From positions 1,504,001 to 1,568,000 of the forward strand of contig CAXXMB010000002.1 in the NCBI GenBank assembly GCA_963668675.2: a stretch of 64,000 nt of DNA, written 5' to 3'. Position numbers and translations under genes: made by a program. The notes beneath the pieces were generated by a model. The model saw only the letters and a list, made by a program, of their open reading frames with translations, was not told where the DNA came from and did no database searches. This document shows, piece by piece, positions 40,879 to 51,159 of the stretch (position 1 is its first letter; the number at the start of each line of letters is the position of its first letter). The stretch is from an uncultured Desulfatitalea sp. Its GTDB lineage: Bacteria > Desulfobacterota > Desulfobacteria > Desulfobacterales > Desulfosarcinaceae.

Positions 40879-41904
40879 ATGGACCAAAATACCACAGACG
40901 ACTCAAAGAGTTTGGTTCGCATTGTGCTACCGATGATGGCCAGACACCAAGTGCCGATTACGCCTCAAAATTATGCTGTTTGGTATGCCTATGCCAATGG
41001 AGATAATAGCGAGCTTCAGAAAACGCTCGATACAATGATAGAAAATGGGGATCGTTTTACCGATCAGCAAAATGAGAAGCTTTGTGCAGAATTTGGATTT
41101 AGCTCCGAGGCGAACGAAATCAAAAAACTTCGGGATGAATTGTTGCAACTGCTGTTATCCATTTTGAATGACATCTCCGAGATTAATGGGGAAACTGCCC
41201 ATTATGAATCGTTTTTATCCAATTCCGTCGAATCACTTTCGAAGGACCCTTCGATTGAAGACCTTAAGTTTATTGTCGAATGCATCCTTTCGGAAACAAA
41301 GGCGATAATTGAATTTGGGAAAACTGCGCAGAGAAAAATTCAAAACATAACGAGCGAATTAAAAGTCCTGAAAGAAAATTTTGAACAAACGCGCACCGAA
41401 GCCTTAATGGACTTTCTAACCGGTGTCGCTAACCGAAAGGCGTTCGAGGAGGAGTTAACCAAGCTGACCATCGAGGCTGATGCATTAATGAAAGAATTGT
41501 GTCTTTTGGTAATCGATATCGATCATTTTAAGCAATTTAATGATCAGCATGGTCATGCCGTGGGCGATGAAGTGCTGAGATTTACGGCGCAGAAATTGAA
41601 AAGTCAGGTCAGAGGCAATGATTTTGTGGCCAGAACCGGTGGAGAGGAGTTCGCCATTCTTTTGCCTGAGACGACATTGAGCGGCGCCGAAGCAGTTGCC
41701 GAAAACATCAGGGCTTTCTTTTCGACAGCGAGCCTCAAGACTTCAGGTGGCGAAAAAAGCTTGGGACGGATAACGGTATCCATTGGTGGTTCAAAATATC
41801 GGAGGGGTGAGACAACGAAATCCTTTGTCCAAAGAGCCGATACAGCCATGTACTCTGCGAAGACGGCAGGTAGGGACCGGTTTAGAATGGCCGTTGATCT
41901 GTAG
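40879..41904 (+). CDS. Diguanylate cyclase
   Basis: DFLTGVANR, DIDHFK..ND..GH..GD and GGEEF motifs. Confidence 0.92.
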   Translation: MDQNTTDDSKSLVRIVLPMMARHQVPITPQNYAVWYAYANGDNSELQKTLDTMIENGDRFTDQQNEKLCAEFGFSSEANEIKKLRDELLQLLLSILNDISEINGETAHYESFLSNSVESLSKDPSIEDLKFIVECILSETKAIIEFGKTAQRKIQNITSELKVLKENFEQTRTEALMDFLTGVANRKAFEEELTKLTIEADALMKELCLLVIDIDHFKQFNDQHGHAVGDEVLRFTAQKLKSQVRGNDFVARTGGEEFAILLPETTLSGAEAVAENIRAFFSTASLKTSGGEKSLGRITVSIGGSKYRRGETTKSFVQRADTAMYSAKTAGRDRFRMAVDL

Positions 41905-41984
41905 ATGGGCAATCGATCTTTTGATAGTCAGAACTTATTCATGGCCGGAATTCATCTATACCAAGCAGTTTTCGTTTTACCAAA

Positions 41985-42203
41985 TCATCCAGTTACTATG
42001 ATCGATTTTGCTTTTTCCATTTGATTCGGAAACAAATCTGCCGGGACCTTAGGCTTGCCAAGTTTTTTAAAAACCATAAATCTGGCACATTGGGTATTGT
42101 CGCCCTTACAGTATTTTTTCTTCATCGATTCTGCAAGTTGAGGCATATTTGCCATTTTGTCATTAAAAAATACACAACCTGCTACACATTCGCACTCAGC
42201 CAT
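41985..42203 (-). CDS. Small Cys-rich hypothetical protein
   Basis: ECVAGCVFF..YC..CARF..VPADLFPN; GAAAGG RBS. Confidence 0.7.
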   Translation of the reverse strand: MAECECVAGCVFFNDKMANMPQLAESMKKKYCKGDNTQCARFMVFKKLGKPKVPADLFPNQMEKAKSIIVTG

Positions 42204-42310
42204 TTTTGCACCTTTCTTTAAAAAGCTTTCGTATTTTCTAATAATTAATCAAAGTGTTGCGACGATTTTAAATTCTCCCATTTTCCCATTTTGGGTTTTG
42301 ATGAATTGAA

Positions 42311-42337
42311 TATCGGCATGCAAGAATAATTTCTTTA
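42311..42337 (-). promoter_or_regulatory. Putative sigma28 promoter
   Basis: Minus strand TAAAG-N15-GCCGATA, the same spacing as the site at 35051. Confidence 0.55.
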
Positions 42338-42528
42338 CCCAAAATTCTGTAAAACCATTTGGGTTTGCATTCTGTCATGGGGCTAAATTTGATGTTGAGG
42401 TCATTTGTATTTTAAGAAACGCATGGTGGTAAAAATAGCGAATAGCTTCACGATCGACAGGCCTCTCATTGAATATTGCGCTTTCCGGCGGAAAATGACA
42501 AAGTCAGGAACCGATATAAGCTGGCCCC

Positions 42529-42747
42529 ATGATTTGTTTTGGCGATTCATGCAATAGAAGGGATTCCGATTTGGATGAAGGATCTAAGCCGATAAAATGT
42601 TCAGACGATACCGAGCAGGTCGTTATCAATCTTCCATGCCGGCTGATCGATAGGGCAAAAAAATATGCCGATAAACATGGTAATACCGTCACGGGTGTGG
42701 TTATCGAAGCCCTTGATTCATTGTTGGGGCGTCCCGAAGCAAGATGA
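42529..42747 (+). CDS. Small ribbon-helix-helix-like protein (start uncertain)
   Basis: VVINLP..LIDRAKKYA..G.TVTGVVIEAL pattern. Confidence 0.5.
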   Translation: MICFGDSCNRRDSDLDEGSKPIKCSDDTEQVVINLPCRLIDRAKKYADKHGNTVTGVVIEALDSLLGRPEAR

Positions 42748-42854
42748 GTGCAATATGAACATTAAGCGTGGTCGATTTCGGATTAGTGGGCTTTCCCGAA
42801 GGCCACTTAGAAAATAATAAATATTCTGTGACGACAAACCTTAGTAGTGAAACC

Positions 42855-43187
42855 ATGCAGGGCAACTCGGATAGGCGTAAATATCCTCGCATTTCATTTC
42901 ATGTACCTGTCAGTGTGATGGGGTTAAACGAAGAGGCCCGGGTTGTCGATTTTAGTTTGAACGGATTTTTTGTTCAAATGAACGCCAGGAGCAAACTCAC
43001 GGAGGGGCAGCAAGTTCGTTTGGCATTAAAATTTCCCCATGGGAAAACGAGCACCGTCATCAAGGCCAAAGTTGTGTATATCGATCAAAAGGGTTTTGGC
43101 TGCCAATTTGTCCACCTGAGTCCTCTGATTAATGAGCTGTTGGAAAAAAATTTTGATTTTTACAGTGGTACCCTTCCGATTGAATGA
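42855..43187 (+). CDS. PilZ-domain protein
   Basis: DRRKYPR and DFSLNG motifs. Confidence 0.8.
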   Translation: MQGNSDRRKYPRISFHVPVSVMGLNEEARVVDFSLNGFFVQMNARSKLTEGQQVRLALKFPHGKTSTVIKAKVVYIDQKGFGCQFVHLSPLINELLEKNFDFYSGTLPIE

Positions 43188-43409
43188 TTCGATGCTGAAA
43201 TCAAATAAATGGTAGCCGCTATGCTCCCCAAACTCATCGGCATCATATTCGGCATCCTGGCAGTCGGCATCTTTGCCTGAAAATTTAGAGAAACGTCCCT
43301 TTACCGACCATGAATCATGTTGCCCCTTGGCTTGGGCGTCGGGTACGCTGCTTATTGGTTGGTGAAGTGGATGATGTCTTAAGTGGAACAGGGGGGGCGA
43401 TCCACTTTT

Positions 43410-43433
43410 TCTGTGTGTGAATCTGTGTGTGAA
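43410..43433. repeat. 12-bp tandem repeat, probable integrase arm-type sites
   Basis: TCTGTGTGTGAA x2, ~120 bp inside the att core. Confidence 0.55.
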
Positions 43434-43549
43434 AAAGTTTCCAAAATTGACCAAAACGTGGAAAATCTACGAAAATGTAGAAATTAAATTTCATGCGGTT
43501 TCAATATGTTATTGTAATTTGAGGAGGTTAGGAAACTCAAAGGTCTTGT

Positions 43550-43593
43550 CTCTGACTCCGTCAGCCCAGGTTCGAATCCTGGTCCCTCAGCCA
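43550..43593 (+). repeat. 3' half of tRNA-Gln(CTG): island attachment site
   Basis: CTCTGACTCCGTCAGCCCAGGTTCGAATCCTGGTCCCTCAGCCA contains an anticodon loop, T-arm and CCA. No D-arm or 5' acceptor strand lies upstream. Confidence 0.85.
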
Positions 43594-43604
43594 AAAAAAC
43601 CCAG

Positions 43605-43640
43605 AGGGTTGCACCGCATGGCGCAACCCTTTTCCTTTTT
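43605..43640 (+). terminator. Intrinsic terminator, probably the original tRNA terminator
   Basis: AGGGTTGC/GCAACCCT stem followed by a T-rich tract. Confidence 0.75.
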
Positions 43641-43841
43641 TATGACACGCTGCACAATGCGGTTTGACACTTGCCCCCGGTTTGCCCTATTTTACCGGGT
43701 ATCAAGGTTGAACGCACCTGTCCCGAACAAGCTGACGCCAGTGCTTGACATCGAGGCGAAGAGGGATGGCTTCCTAAACCCGATAACAACCAATAAACCC
43801 TCGCCGTTTAACGTTACGGATTAAAATAGGAGAACACCGAA

Positions 43842-45542
43842 ATGGCCGATACCGACGCAGGGCCCAAAAGCCCTTCCAATTTTATTAAAAATATAATCGA
43901 TGAAGATCTGAAAGCCGGCAAAAACGATGGCCGGGTGGGCACACGGTTCCCGCCAGAGCCCAACGGCTATCTGCATATCGGCCATGCCAAATCGATCTGC
44001 CTCAATTTCGGTCTGGCGCAAACGTACAACGGCACTTGCAACCTGCGCTTCGACGACACCAATCCGACGAAGGAGGAGGTCGAGTATGTCGACGCCATAA
44101 AGGAAGATGTCCGCTGGCTCGGCTTTGACTGGCAGGATCGGGAGTACTACGCCTCGGACTACTTCGAGCGGCTCTACGAACTTGCCGTTCGCCTGATCGA
44201 AGCGGGCAAAGCCTATGTGGACAGCTTGAGTGCCGAAGAGATCCGCCAGTACCGCGGCACGCTGACCGAACCGGGTAAAAACAGCCCCTATCGCGATCGG
44301 CCCGTCGAAGAGAATCTAGACCTGTTTGAACGCATGCGCTCCGGCGAGTTTGAAGACGGCCAATGTGTTTTGCGGGCGAAGATCGACATGAGCAACCCCA
44401 ACCTGCTCATGCGCGATCCGACCCTGTACCGCATCCGCAAGGCATCCCACCACCGCACAGGCGATCAGTGGTGCATCTACCCGATGTACGACTTCACCCA
44501 CTGCCTCTCCGACGCCATCGAGTGCATCACCCACTCGATCTGTACGCTGGAGTTTGAAAACAACCGGGCGTTGTACGACTGGGTCCTCGACCAACTCGAC
44601 ATGCCCTGCCGGCCCTACCAATACGAATTCGCCCGGTTGAACCTGACCTTCACGGTATTGAGCAAACGGAAATTGATCCAGCTCGTCAACGAGGGCCATG
44701 TAACCGGATGGGACGATCCACGCATGCCCACCATCTCCGGGATGAGGCGCAGGGGATACACCGCCGAGAGTCTACGCACCTTCTGTGAACGCATCGGCGT
44801 CGCCAAGGCCAACAGTATGGTGGACGTAGCCCTGCTCGAGCACGCCATTCGTGAAGACCTGAACCGCCGCGCCCCCCGGGTGATGGCGGTCTTACGCCCA
44901 TTGAAAGTGACCATCGAAAACTATCCCGAGGGGCAGGTGGAGATGCTCGAAGCGGTCAACAACCCGGAAGATGCCGCCATGGGGACCCGCGAGGTGCCCT
45001 TCGGCCGGACCCTCTATATCGAACGGGACGATTTCATGGAGGACCCGCCCAAGAAGTTCTTCCGCCTGGCACCCGGTCGAGAGGTACGCCTGCGGTACGC
45101 CTACTTCATCACCTGCACGGAAGCGATCAAAGATCCGCAGACAGGGGAGGTCACCGAACTGCGCTGTACCTATGACCCGGCCACCCGCGGCGGCGACTCG
45201 CCGGACGGGCGCAAGGTCAAGGCCACACTGCATTGGGTCTCGGCCGAACACGCCGTTCCGGGTGAGGTGCGCCTTTACGACCGGCTCTTTGTCAAACCCG
45301 AACCTGACCAGCGGGAGGAGGGTAAAACCTTCATCGATTACATCAATCCGGATGCTTTGGAAGTATTGACCGACTGCAAACTGGAGCCCGAACTGGCAAA
45401 GAGTGCGCCGGGCAGTGTCTGCCAGTTTGAACGGCTCGGGTACTTCTGCGCCGACAGCAAGGAGTCGAACGCCGACCATCTGGTCTTCAATCGAACGGTA
45501 ACCCTTCGGGACAGCTGGGCCAAAATCGCCAAGAAGAGATAG
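43842..45542 (+). CDS. glnS: Glutamine--tRNA ligase
   Basis: [19 protein letters not shown] and QFERLGYF motifs. Confidence 0.97.
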   Translation: MADTDAGPKSPSNFIKNIIDEDLKAGKNDGRVGTRFPPEPNGYLHIGHAKSICLNFGLAQTYNGTCNLRFDDTNPTKEEVEYVDAIKEDVRWLGFDWQDREYYASDYFERLYELAVRLIEAGKAYVDSLSAEEIRQYRGTLTEPGKNSPYRDRPVEENLDLFERMRSGEFEDGQCVLRAKIDMSNPNLLMRDPTLYRIRKASHHRTGDQWCIYPMYDFTHCLSDAIECITHSICTLEFENNRALYDWVLDQLDMPCRPYQYEFARLNLTFTVLSKRKLIQLVNEGHVTGWDDPRMPTISGMRRRGYTAESLRTFCERIGVAKANSMVDVALLEHAIREDLNRRAPRVMAVLRPLKVTIENYPEGQVEMLEAVNNPEDAAMGTREVPFGRTLYIERDDFMEDPPKKFFRLAPGREVRLRYAYFITCTEAIKDPQTGEVTELRCTYDPATRGGDSPDGRKVKATLHWVSAEHAVPGEVRLYDRLFVKPEPDQREEGKTFIDYINPDALEVLTDCKLEPELAKSAPGSVCQFERLGYFCADSKESNADHLVFNRTVTLRDSWAKIAKKR

Positions 45543-45553
45543 GAGCGTGTGCA

Positions 45554-47257
45554 TTGGATATGACGCTTTGGACATTTCTCATGCAATTGGTCATGCTGCT
45601 TGGCGCCGCATTCGCTCTCGGCGCATTGGCACAGCGGCTTCGCCAGAGCCCCATCATTGGATACCTGCTGGCCGGGACCATCGTCGGCCCCCTGCTCTTC
45701 AACCCCGACGCCATCAACCAAACCGCCGAATTGGGCGTTTCGCTGCTGCTCTTCTCCATCGGCCTCGAATTCTCCTTCAGCCGCCTGCGCAGCATGGGCC
45801 GCATGGCCTTCGGGGCCGGCACGGTGCAGGTGGTCGGAACGCTGCTACTGGTCACACTGCTCCTGGCTGCCTGGATGGGCCACCTCCGTGCCCTGGCCAT
45901 CGGCGCCATCGTCGCCTTGAGTTCTACCGCAGTGGTCATGCGCGTGCTGGTGGACAGGGCGGAGATCGACTCGGTCCGCGGAAGAAGCTGCCTGGCCATT
46001 TTGCTGCTGCAGGACATTGCCATCGTCCCCCTGGTCATCATGGTGAGCCTGCTGGCGCCGACCGGCGGTGACATCTCCATCGCCTATCATATTTTGAAAA
46101 TCGTTGCGGCCGCCATAGGCCTTGCGCTGGTCCTCTACCTGCTTCTCTACTGGGGGGCCCCGGCCCTGCTCTCAGCCGAAGGGGTGTTTGCGAACCGCGA
46201 ACTCAGTGTACTGCTGGCCATTACCGTGGGGATCGGCGCGTCCTGGGCAGCTCACGCATTGGGGATATCACCGGCCCTGGGTGCCTTTGTGGCCGGGATG
46301 CTGCTGGCAGAATCGCCTTTCGCAGCCCAGATACAGGCGGATATCGGCTCACTGCGCATCGTGATGGTGACCCTCTTTTTCGCCTCGGTCGGCATGCTGG
46401 CCAAGCCGATCTTTTTCCTAACCCACCTTCACTGGGTGCTTCTGGCTGCCCTGACGATCTTCCTTTTCAAGGCACTGATCGTTTACGGCACCACCCGCCT
46501 GTTTGGGCTCGACCACCTGCACGCCGCAGCCACGGGCATCAGCCTGGGCCAGATCGGTGAGTTCTCCTTTGTCCTGGCAGCCTCCGCGCTCCGGGGGAGG
46601 CTTTTCGGGGACGACACTTTCGATTTGATCATCTCGACCGTTATTGTGCTGATGTTCGCCGCCCCTTACATGGTGGCCTATGCATTCCCGATTGCAGACC
46701 GACTGAGAAGACCACCCTCCGGAACCGATAAAGGGGTAGCCTCTTCCCAACAAGCAGCTGTGAACAAGGCCCTGGTCGTGGGATTCGGACCGGCCGGCCG
46801 GCAGGTTGTACAGCAGCTTAAAGATCAGCGCGTTGAACCCATCATCATCGATGTCAATCCAGCAAACAAGGCGGAAGCAAAACAGATGGGGCTGAACCAC
46901 CATCTGGGAGATGCGAGCAACGAAGAGGTCCTGATCCATGCAGGATTGTCCGAGGTGTGCCTGGCGGTGATCACCATCCCCGATACCCAGACCGCCATCC
47001 GGGTAATCGCCACACTGAAACGCCTCCGCCCGATGCTCCCCATCGCCGCCCGCTGCCGCTACAATCGGCACCTCGAAGCTTTGAAGAGGGCAGGCGCACA
47101 GATCGTGGTCGACGAAGAGACCCAAATCGGCCATCTGTTAGCCCATCAAATTTCGACGTTCATACAAAGCGGTCCGGAAACCACATTGGCCTGCCGTCTG
47201 GCGGGCGTACCGGAGATGCAACCGGAGGATCGCACCGAGCCCCAAACGAACCGATAG
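45554..47257 (+). CDS. CPA2 cation:proton antiporter with TrkA-N domain (KefB-like)
   Basis: Multi-TM with LLLQDI and QIGEFSFV, plus GFGPAG. Confidence 0.9.
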   Translation: MDMTLWTFLMQLVMLLGAAFALGALAQRLRQSPIIGYLLAGTIVGPLLFNPDAINQTAELGVSLLLFSIGLEFSFSRLRSMGRMAFGAGTVQVVGTLLLVTLLLAAWMGHLRALAIGAIVALSSTAVVMRVLVDRAEIDSVRGRSCLAILLLQDIAIVPLVIMVSLLAPTGGDISIAYHILKIVAAAIGLALVLYLLLYWGAPALLSAEGVFANRELSVLLAITVGIGASWAAHALGISPALGAFVAGMLLAESPFAAQIQADIGSLRIVMVTLFFASVGMLAKPIFFLTHLHWVLLAALTIFLFKALIVYGTTRLFGLDHLHAAATGISLGQIGEFSFVLAASALRGRLFGDDTFDLIISTVIVLMFAAPYMVAYAFPIADRLRRPPSGTDKGVASSQQAAVNKALVVGFGPAGRQVVQQLKDQRVEPIIIDVNPANKAEAKQMGLNHHLGDASNEEVLIHAGLSEVCLAVITIPDTQTAIRVIATLKRLRPMLPIAARCRYNRHLEALKRAGAQIVVDEETQIGHLLAHQISTFIQSGPETTLACRLAGVPEMQPEDRTEPQTNR

Positions 47258-47266
47258 GAGAGTCAT

Positions 47267-48112
47267 ATGAAATATATCGGCGCCCATGTCAGTGCCAGCG
47301 GCGGCGTGGAAAACGCTCCGCTCAATGCCCGCAGCATCGGGGCTACCGCCTTTGCCCTCTTCACCAAAAACCAGCGCCAGTGGCATGCCAAACCGCTGAG
47401 CAAAAAGAGCATAGAGGCGTTTCGGAAAAATTGCAGTGAAAGCGGGTACGCTCCGGAGCAGATACTGCCCCACGACAGCTACCTGATCAACCTGGGCCAC
47501 CCGGAAGAAGAGGGGCTCGCTAAATCAAGGAACGCTTTCCTGGATGAGTTCCAGAGGTGCGAGCAACTCGGATTGATCTACCTCAACTTCCACCCGGGCA
47601 GCCATCTGAAGAAGAGTACAGAAGCACAATGTCTGGCGCGCATCGCCGAGTCGATCAATCTGACCATCGGCCAGACCAGCAACGTGATCGCCGTCATCGA
47701 AAACACCGCCGGCCAGGGAACCAACGTGGGCTATCGCTTTGAACACCTGGCGGAAATCATCGACCAGATCGAAGATAAGTCGAGAGTCGGCGTCTGCCTG
47801 GACACCTGCCACACGTACGCATCCGGCTATGATATTAAAAGTGAATCCGGCTACTCTGACACGATGGAAGCATTTGACCGTATCGTTGGATTCTCCTACC
47901 TCAAGGGCATGCACCTCAACGACTCCAAAAAGGAGAACGCCAGCCGGGTCGATCGGCACGAGAGCCTCGGCAACGGTACCCTGGGGATAGAAACCTTCAA
48001 AAGAATTATGCAGGATGAACGCCTTGACGGCATCCCACTCATCTTGGAAACCCCCAATGACGCCCTGTGGCCTGAGGAGATAAAACGGTTGAAGCAGTTT
48101 GCCGGCGATTGA
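47267..48112 (+). CDS. nfo: Endonuclease IV
   Basis: [30 protein letters not shown] and DRH motifs. Confidence 0.96.
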   Translation: MKYIGAHVSASGGVENAPLNARSIGATAFALFTKNQRQWHAKPLSKKSIEAFRKNCSESGYAPEQILPHDSYLINLGHPEEEGLAKSRNAFLDEFQRCEQLGLIYLNFHPGSHLKKSTEAQCLARIAESINLTIGQTSNVIAVIENTAGQGTNVGYRFEHLAEIIDQIEDKSRVGVCLDTCHTYASGYDIKSESGYSDTMEAFDRIVGFSYLKGMHLNDSKKENASRVDRHESLGNGTLGIETFKRIMQDERLDGIPLILETPNDALWPEEIKRLKQFAGD

Positions 48113-48124
48113 CGGCAAACATCC

Positions 48125-48173
48125 CAAAGACAAAGGGGGCGCGCTCGCCGAAAGCACGCCCCCTTTGTCTTTG
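48125..48173. terminator. Bidirectional terminator between nfo and csp
   Basis: Perfect 17-bp inverted repeat CAAAGACAAAGGGGGCG between convergent genes. Confidence 0.8.
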
Positions 48174-48194
48174 AAATGATGGGGTTAGAGAAGA

Positions 48195-48395
48195 TTATTC
48201 CACAGTGACATTGACCGCAGCCGGTCCCTTTTGCCCTTGCTCCACGGTAAAACTCACCCGATCGCCTTCGTTGAGTGTACGAAAGCCCGTGGCATTGATG
48301 CCGGTATGGTGCACAAATACATCGGGTCCGTCTTCCTGCTCAATGAAACCGTAGCCTTTTTTCTCGTTGAACCATTTCACAGTGCCGTTGGCCAT
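48195..48395 (-). CDS. Cold-shock protein
   Basis: GTVKWFN..KGYGFI..DVFVH. Confidence 0.95.
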   Translation of the reverse strand: MANGTVKWFNEKKGYGFIEQEDGPDVFVHHTGINATGFRTLNEGDRVSFTVEQGQKGPAAVNVTVE

Positions 48396-48704
48396 AGTGG
48401 CGTCCTCCTTTCATAGAATTCTCTTGGTCCCAAACTTCAGGTCGCCACTCAGCATATACCACCTTCAGCTTAAAACCGGCCTCGAATGGACGGCAGGCCC
48501 TTAAAGATTGAAAAATATTGTATTCGTTGGCAGCAGATTGTCAAGTGTTTTGTAGAGTTTAAGGTTGACAATAAAGAAGGCATAAGATTAGCTGGAAGCA
48601 AATTTTCACCCGAACTGAGCTCAAGAGGAAAGAGTGCCCGAAAGTGTTGTTGCCGGTTGCGCTCATTGCGGGTTGGACAAAAAGCATTTAGCAGGAGGCC
48701 GCCA

Positions 48705-49070
48705 ATGAGCGATTTTTCAAATCCGAACAGCATTGATTTTAAAGTAGATATCCAGAACCTCTATCGGGAAGAGGCCGTCACCGACTTGAAGGTGGCATCC
48801 ATCCGGCGCCTGGTTCCCATTCAACCCGATGGCAGCGATGACACAACGCGCAACGCCATCTTCATCGCCAGCACCCAGTTGATGAGCCCCGAGGGCCCAT
48901 TGCCACTACAAGCCCGTCTTCAAGCCAACAATCTTTCGGAAGCATACGAAGAGTTTCCAAAAGCCATGCAGCAGGCATTGAACGAGGTGATGGCGCAAGT
49001 TGAAGAGATGCGCCGGCAACAGGCCGCTGAAAAGAAGGACGAATCCCGCATCATCGTTCCGGGGAGATAA
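48705..49070 (+). CDS. Conserved hypothetical cytoplasmic protein
   Basis: AGGAGG RBS; NLYREE..TDLKVASIRRL.P and C-terminal SRIIVPG. Confidence 0.75.
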   Translation: MSDFSNPNSIDFKVDIQNLYREEAVTDLKVASIRRLVPIQPDGSDDTTRNAIFIASTQLMSPEGPLPLQARLQANNLSEAYEEFPKAMQQALNEVMAQVEEMRRQQAAEKKDESRIIVPGR

Positions 49071-49076
49071 CCGACC

Positions 49077-50015
49077 TTAGCTGATATCGGCCGTTGCCCC
49101 GGATGGTGTGGGAGTATCGAAAGATGCACTCTCTTCGGTGCAGTGCTGGCGCACCTGCTCGGTGAGGCGAAGCACCACATCCGCCGATAGCGGCCTGGGC
49201 CTGACATACTGGAACAGGGCTTCGAACTGGGTGGGATTGATGACCGAAATGCCCTCCGCAGAAGTGCGCTTGATCTGCCATCCGGGCATCGCCACCACGG
49301 CCCGGGCAGCCAGCGGCACCTCCAGTGTTTGCGAAAGCCACTCAGAGAGCATCTCCGCTTCCATGCTGGCGCGTTCGACACTTTCATGGTTCTCTTCGCC
49401 CGGGAAGAAGAGGGTCCGCCCGTCATAGGTGACCGTGGCAAAGGCATTGAGATCGGGCTGGTAGGCACCGGCTCCGACAAAGGCCTGTACGGTAAAGACC
49501 CCTTTGGGACCAATCAGAATGTGGTCGAAGCGCGTATCGTTCAGCCGGCAATCGCTGAAAACCGAATAACCGCGTCCTCTGAGGCCATCGACATGCTTCG
49601 CCACCACCGCCTTGGCATCATAAACCCACTGCCGCATCTTCAGATCGCGGGTGGCACGCCGCCAGCGCAAGTAGGACCAACCCCACATGGCTGCTCCCAG
49701 AAAAACTGCGGTACCTAAGCCCTCCATCACAACCGGCCCGGACCGGGCCTGGAGAAACCCGGCATATCCCAAACAAAAAACAATGGGTGTCGTGAACAGC
49801 GCAACGAAAGCCGTTCGGACCGTTAACGCTCCATCATCGATCCGCTTTTGCAGCCGAAAGGACGTAGTGTAAGGCGCTTCAGTCGCATCTGCCGCCCTGG
49901 CCGCTCTGCGCTTCACCAACAGCTGCAACAGCAGGGCAAGTATCGCCCACGAGACCAGGGTGGCTCCCACGGCCCATGAAGATCCCTCCAACCATGATAG
50001 GTTTTGTATTTTCAT
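49077..50015 (-). CDS. Membrane protein with a NERD nuclease-related domain
   Basis: Three N-terminal TM segments, then FDHILIGPKGVFTV. Confidence 0.75.
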   Translation of the reverse strand: MKIQNLSWLEGSSWAVGATLVSWAILALLLQLLVKRRAARAADATEAPYTTSFRLQKRIDDGALTVRTAFVALFTTPIVFCLGYAGFLQARSGPVVMEGLGTAVFLGAAMWGWSYLRWRRATRDLKMRQWVYDAKAVVAKHVDGLRGRGYSVFSDCRLNDTRFDHILIGPKGVFTVQAFVGAGAYQPDLNAFATVTYDGRTLFFPGEENHESVERASMEAEMLSEWLSQTLEVPLAARAVVAMPGWQIKRTSAEGISVINPTQFEALFQYVRPRPLSADVVLRLTEQVRQHCTEESASFDTPTPSGATADIS

Positions 50016-50272
50016 TATTGAAGCGTGCCAATTTATTCTGTTAATAGCAACTTAGGATTGATTGCCAATCACAACGCCATTCCTGTCCGGGTAAAAGTCC
50101 TACCGTGCAGAACCCATGCGATCTGTACGGCAGGCAGCAAAAATATCGGCGTTTCATCCAAAACCATTACCGTAAAACTGATTTCGCGAGAGCGAGCGTG
50201 CCATGCGCTTGACTTACACCACCCGCATGCTACCTTAGGCCCCACCAAAAATAGACAGGAACCCGAATCAAA

Positions 50273-50656
50273 ATGCCCATTCACTTCAACTTCTGCGAAC
50301 GCGTCGCCAGCCGCTGCGGCGACAATTTCAAACGATGCTCCCAGTGCATCAACTGCCGGGCCCAGTGTCCGTTTGCGGCGACCATGACCTATGGCCCCAA
50401 CGGCATCATCCGCCTCATCCAGTACGGCCTCTCCGACGAAGCGCTGCAAAGCCCTGACATCTGGCCCTGTATCAACTGCCGTGTCTGTTCAATCGCCTGC
50501 CCCATGGCCATCGACATACCGACCCTGATGGCAACCCTCAGGGAGATGGCCATCGAAGCCGGTGTGCAGATCGACGAAAAGGCCATCGCCAGATTCCATC
50601 GCACGGCAACAGCCATCACATCATCGGCGGACGAAGAGAACAAAAACGCTACTTGA
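50273..50656 (+). CDS. HdrC-like 4Fe-4S dicluster protein
   Basis: Two CxxCxxCxxxCP motifs. Confidence 0.8.
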   Translation: MPIHFNFCERVASRCGDNFKRCSQCINCRAQCPFAATMTYGPNGIIRLIQYGLSDEALQSPDIWPCINCRVCSIACPMAIDIPTLMATLREMAIEAGVQIDEKAIARFHRTATAITSSADEENKNAT

Positions 50657-51143
50657 GCAACCGGCTGTCAAATCCATAGAACGATTGGCGGGTCAGCGCC
50701 TTATCCCATAAACGACGAATCCGGGGGTTGTAATAGTAGACCCGCATCCCCCCCAGCCATGCCTCCCACGCTGCTGGTGGAATCATATCCTGACTGAAGA
50801 AGCAATACTCTTCGGCGCACAGATCGAAATAGGCGTATAGATCGTCCGCCTGATCCACGGACAACGATTCGGCACTCTCTCCTTCCAGAATGCGATAGAG
50901 CCTCGGCCGCATCTCTGCATAGCGGCCATTGAAGTGAACCAGCAGTCCGGAAGATATCTTGAGGGCCGTCAGGCGCTGCTTCTGCACGAAGTAGACAAGG
51001 GCAATATTGGCTATCAGAACGACCATGAACACTGGCGACTCTGCGGCGGCACTGAAGAGCATCGGCGCGGCAACCGTCACGGCGAACAGCACCAGCAGTA
51101 TCCACCAGTAATTGCGGTAGAACCAGTGATAGCATCTGTTCAC
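50649..51143 (-). CDS. Hypothetical membrane protein
   Basis: Two TM segments; AGGGAG RBS; in an operon with the HAD gene. Confidence 0.65.
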   Translation of the reverse strand: MNRCYHWFYRNYWWILLVLFAVTVAAPMLFSAAAESPVFMVVLIANIALVYFVQKQRLTALKISSGLLVHFNGRYAEMRPRLYRILEGESAESLSVDQADDLYAYFDLCAEEYCFFSQDMIPPAAWEAWLGGMRVYYYNPRIRRLWDKALTRQSFYGFDSRLLK

Positions 51144-51159
51144 AAAGCTCCCTCCATCC

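Larger units (their letters stand above)
1..43593. mobile_element. Right part of a tRNA-Gln-integrated genomic island (left end and integrase outside the window)
   Basis: Ends in a 3'-half tRNA-Gln remnant, with a 12-bp tandem repeat ~120 bp inside it. The cargo is defence, recombination and pseudogenes, and is visibly AT-richer than the core genes that start at glnS. Confidence 0.8.

Noticed and set aside
43520..43593. Intact tRNA-Gln gene
   Set aside because: No D-arm or 5' anticodon-stem strand can be formed upstream of 43550; only the 3' half is present.
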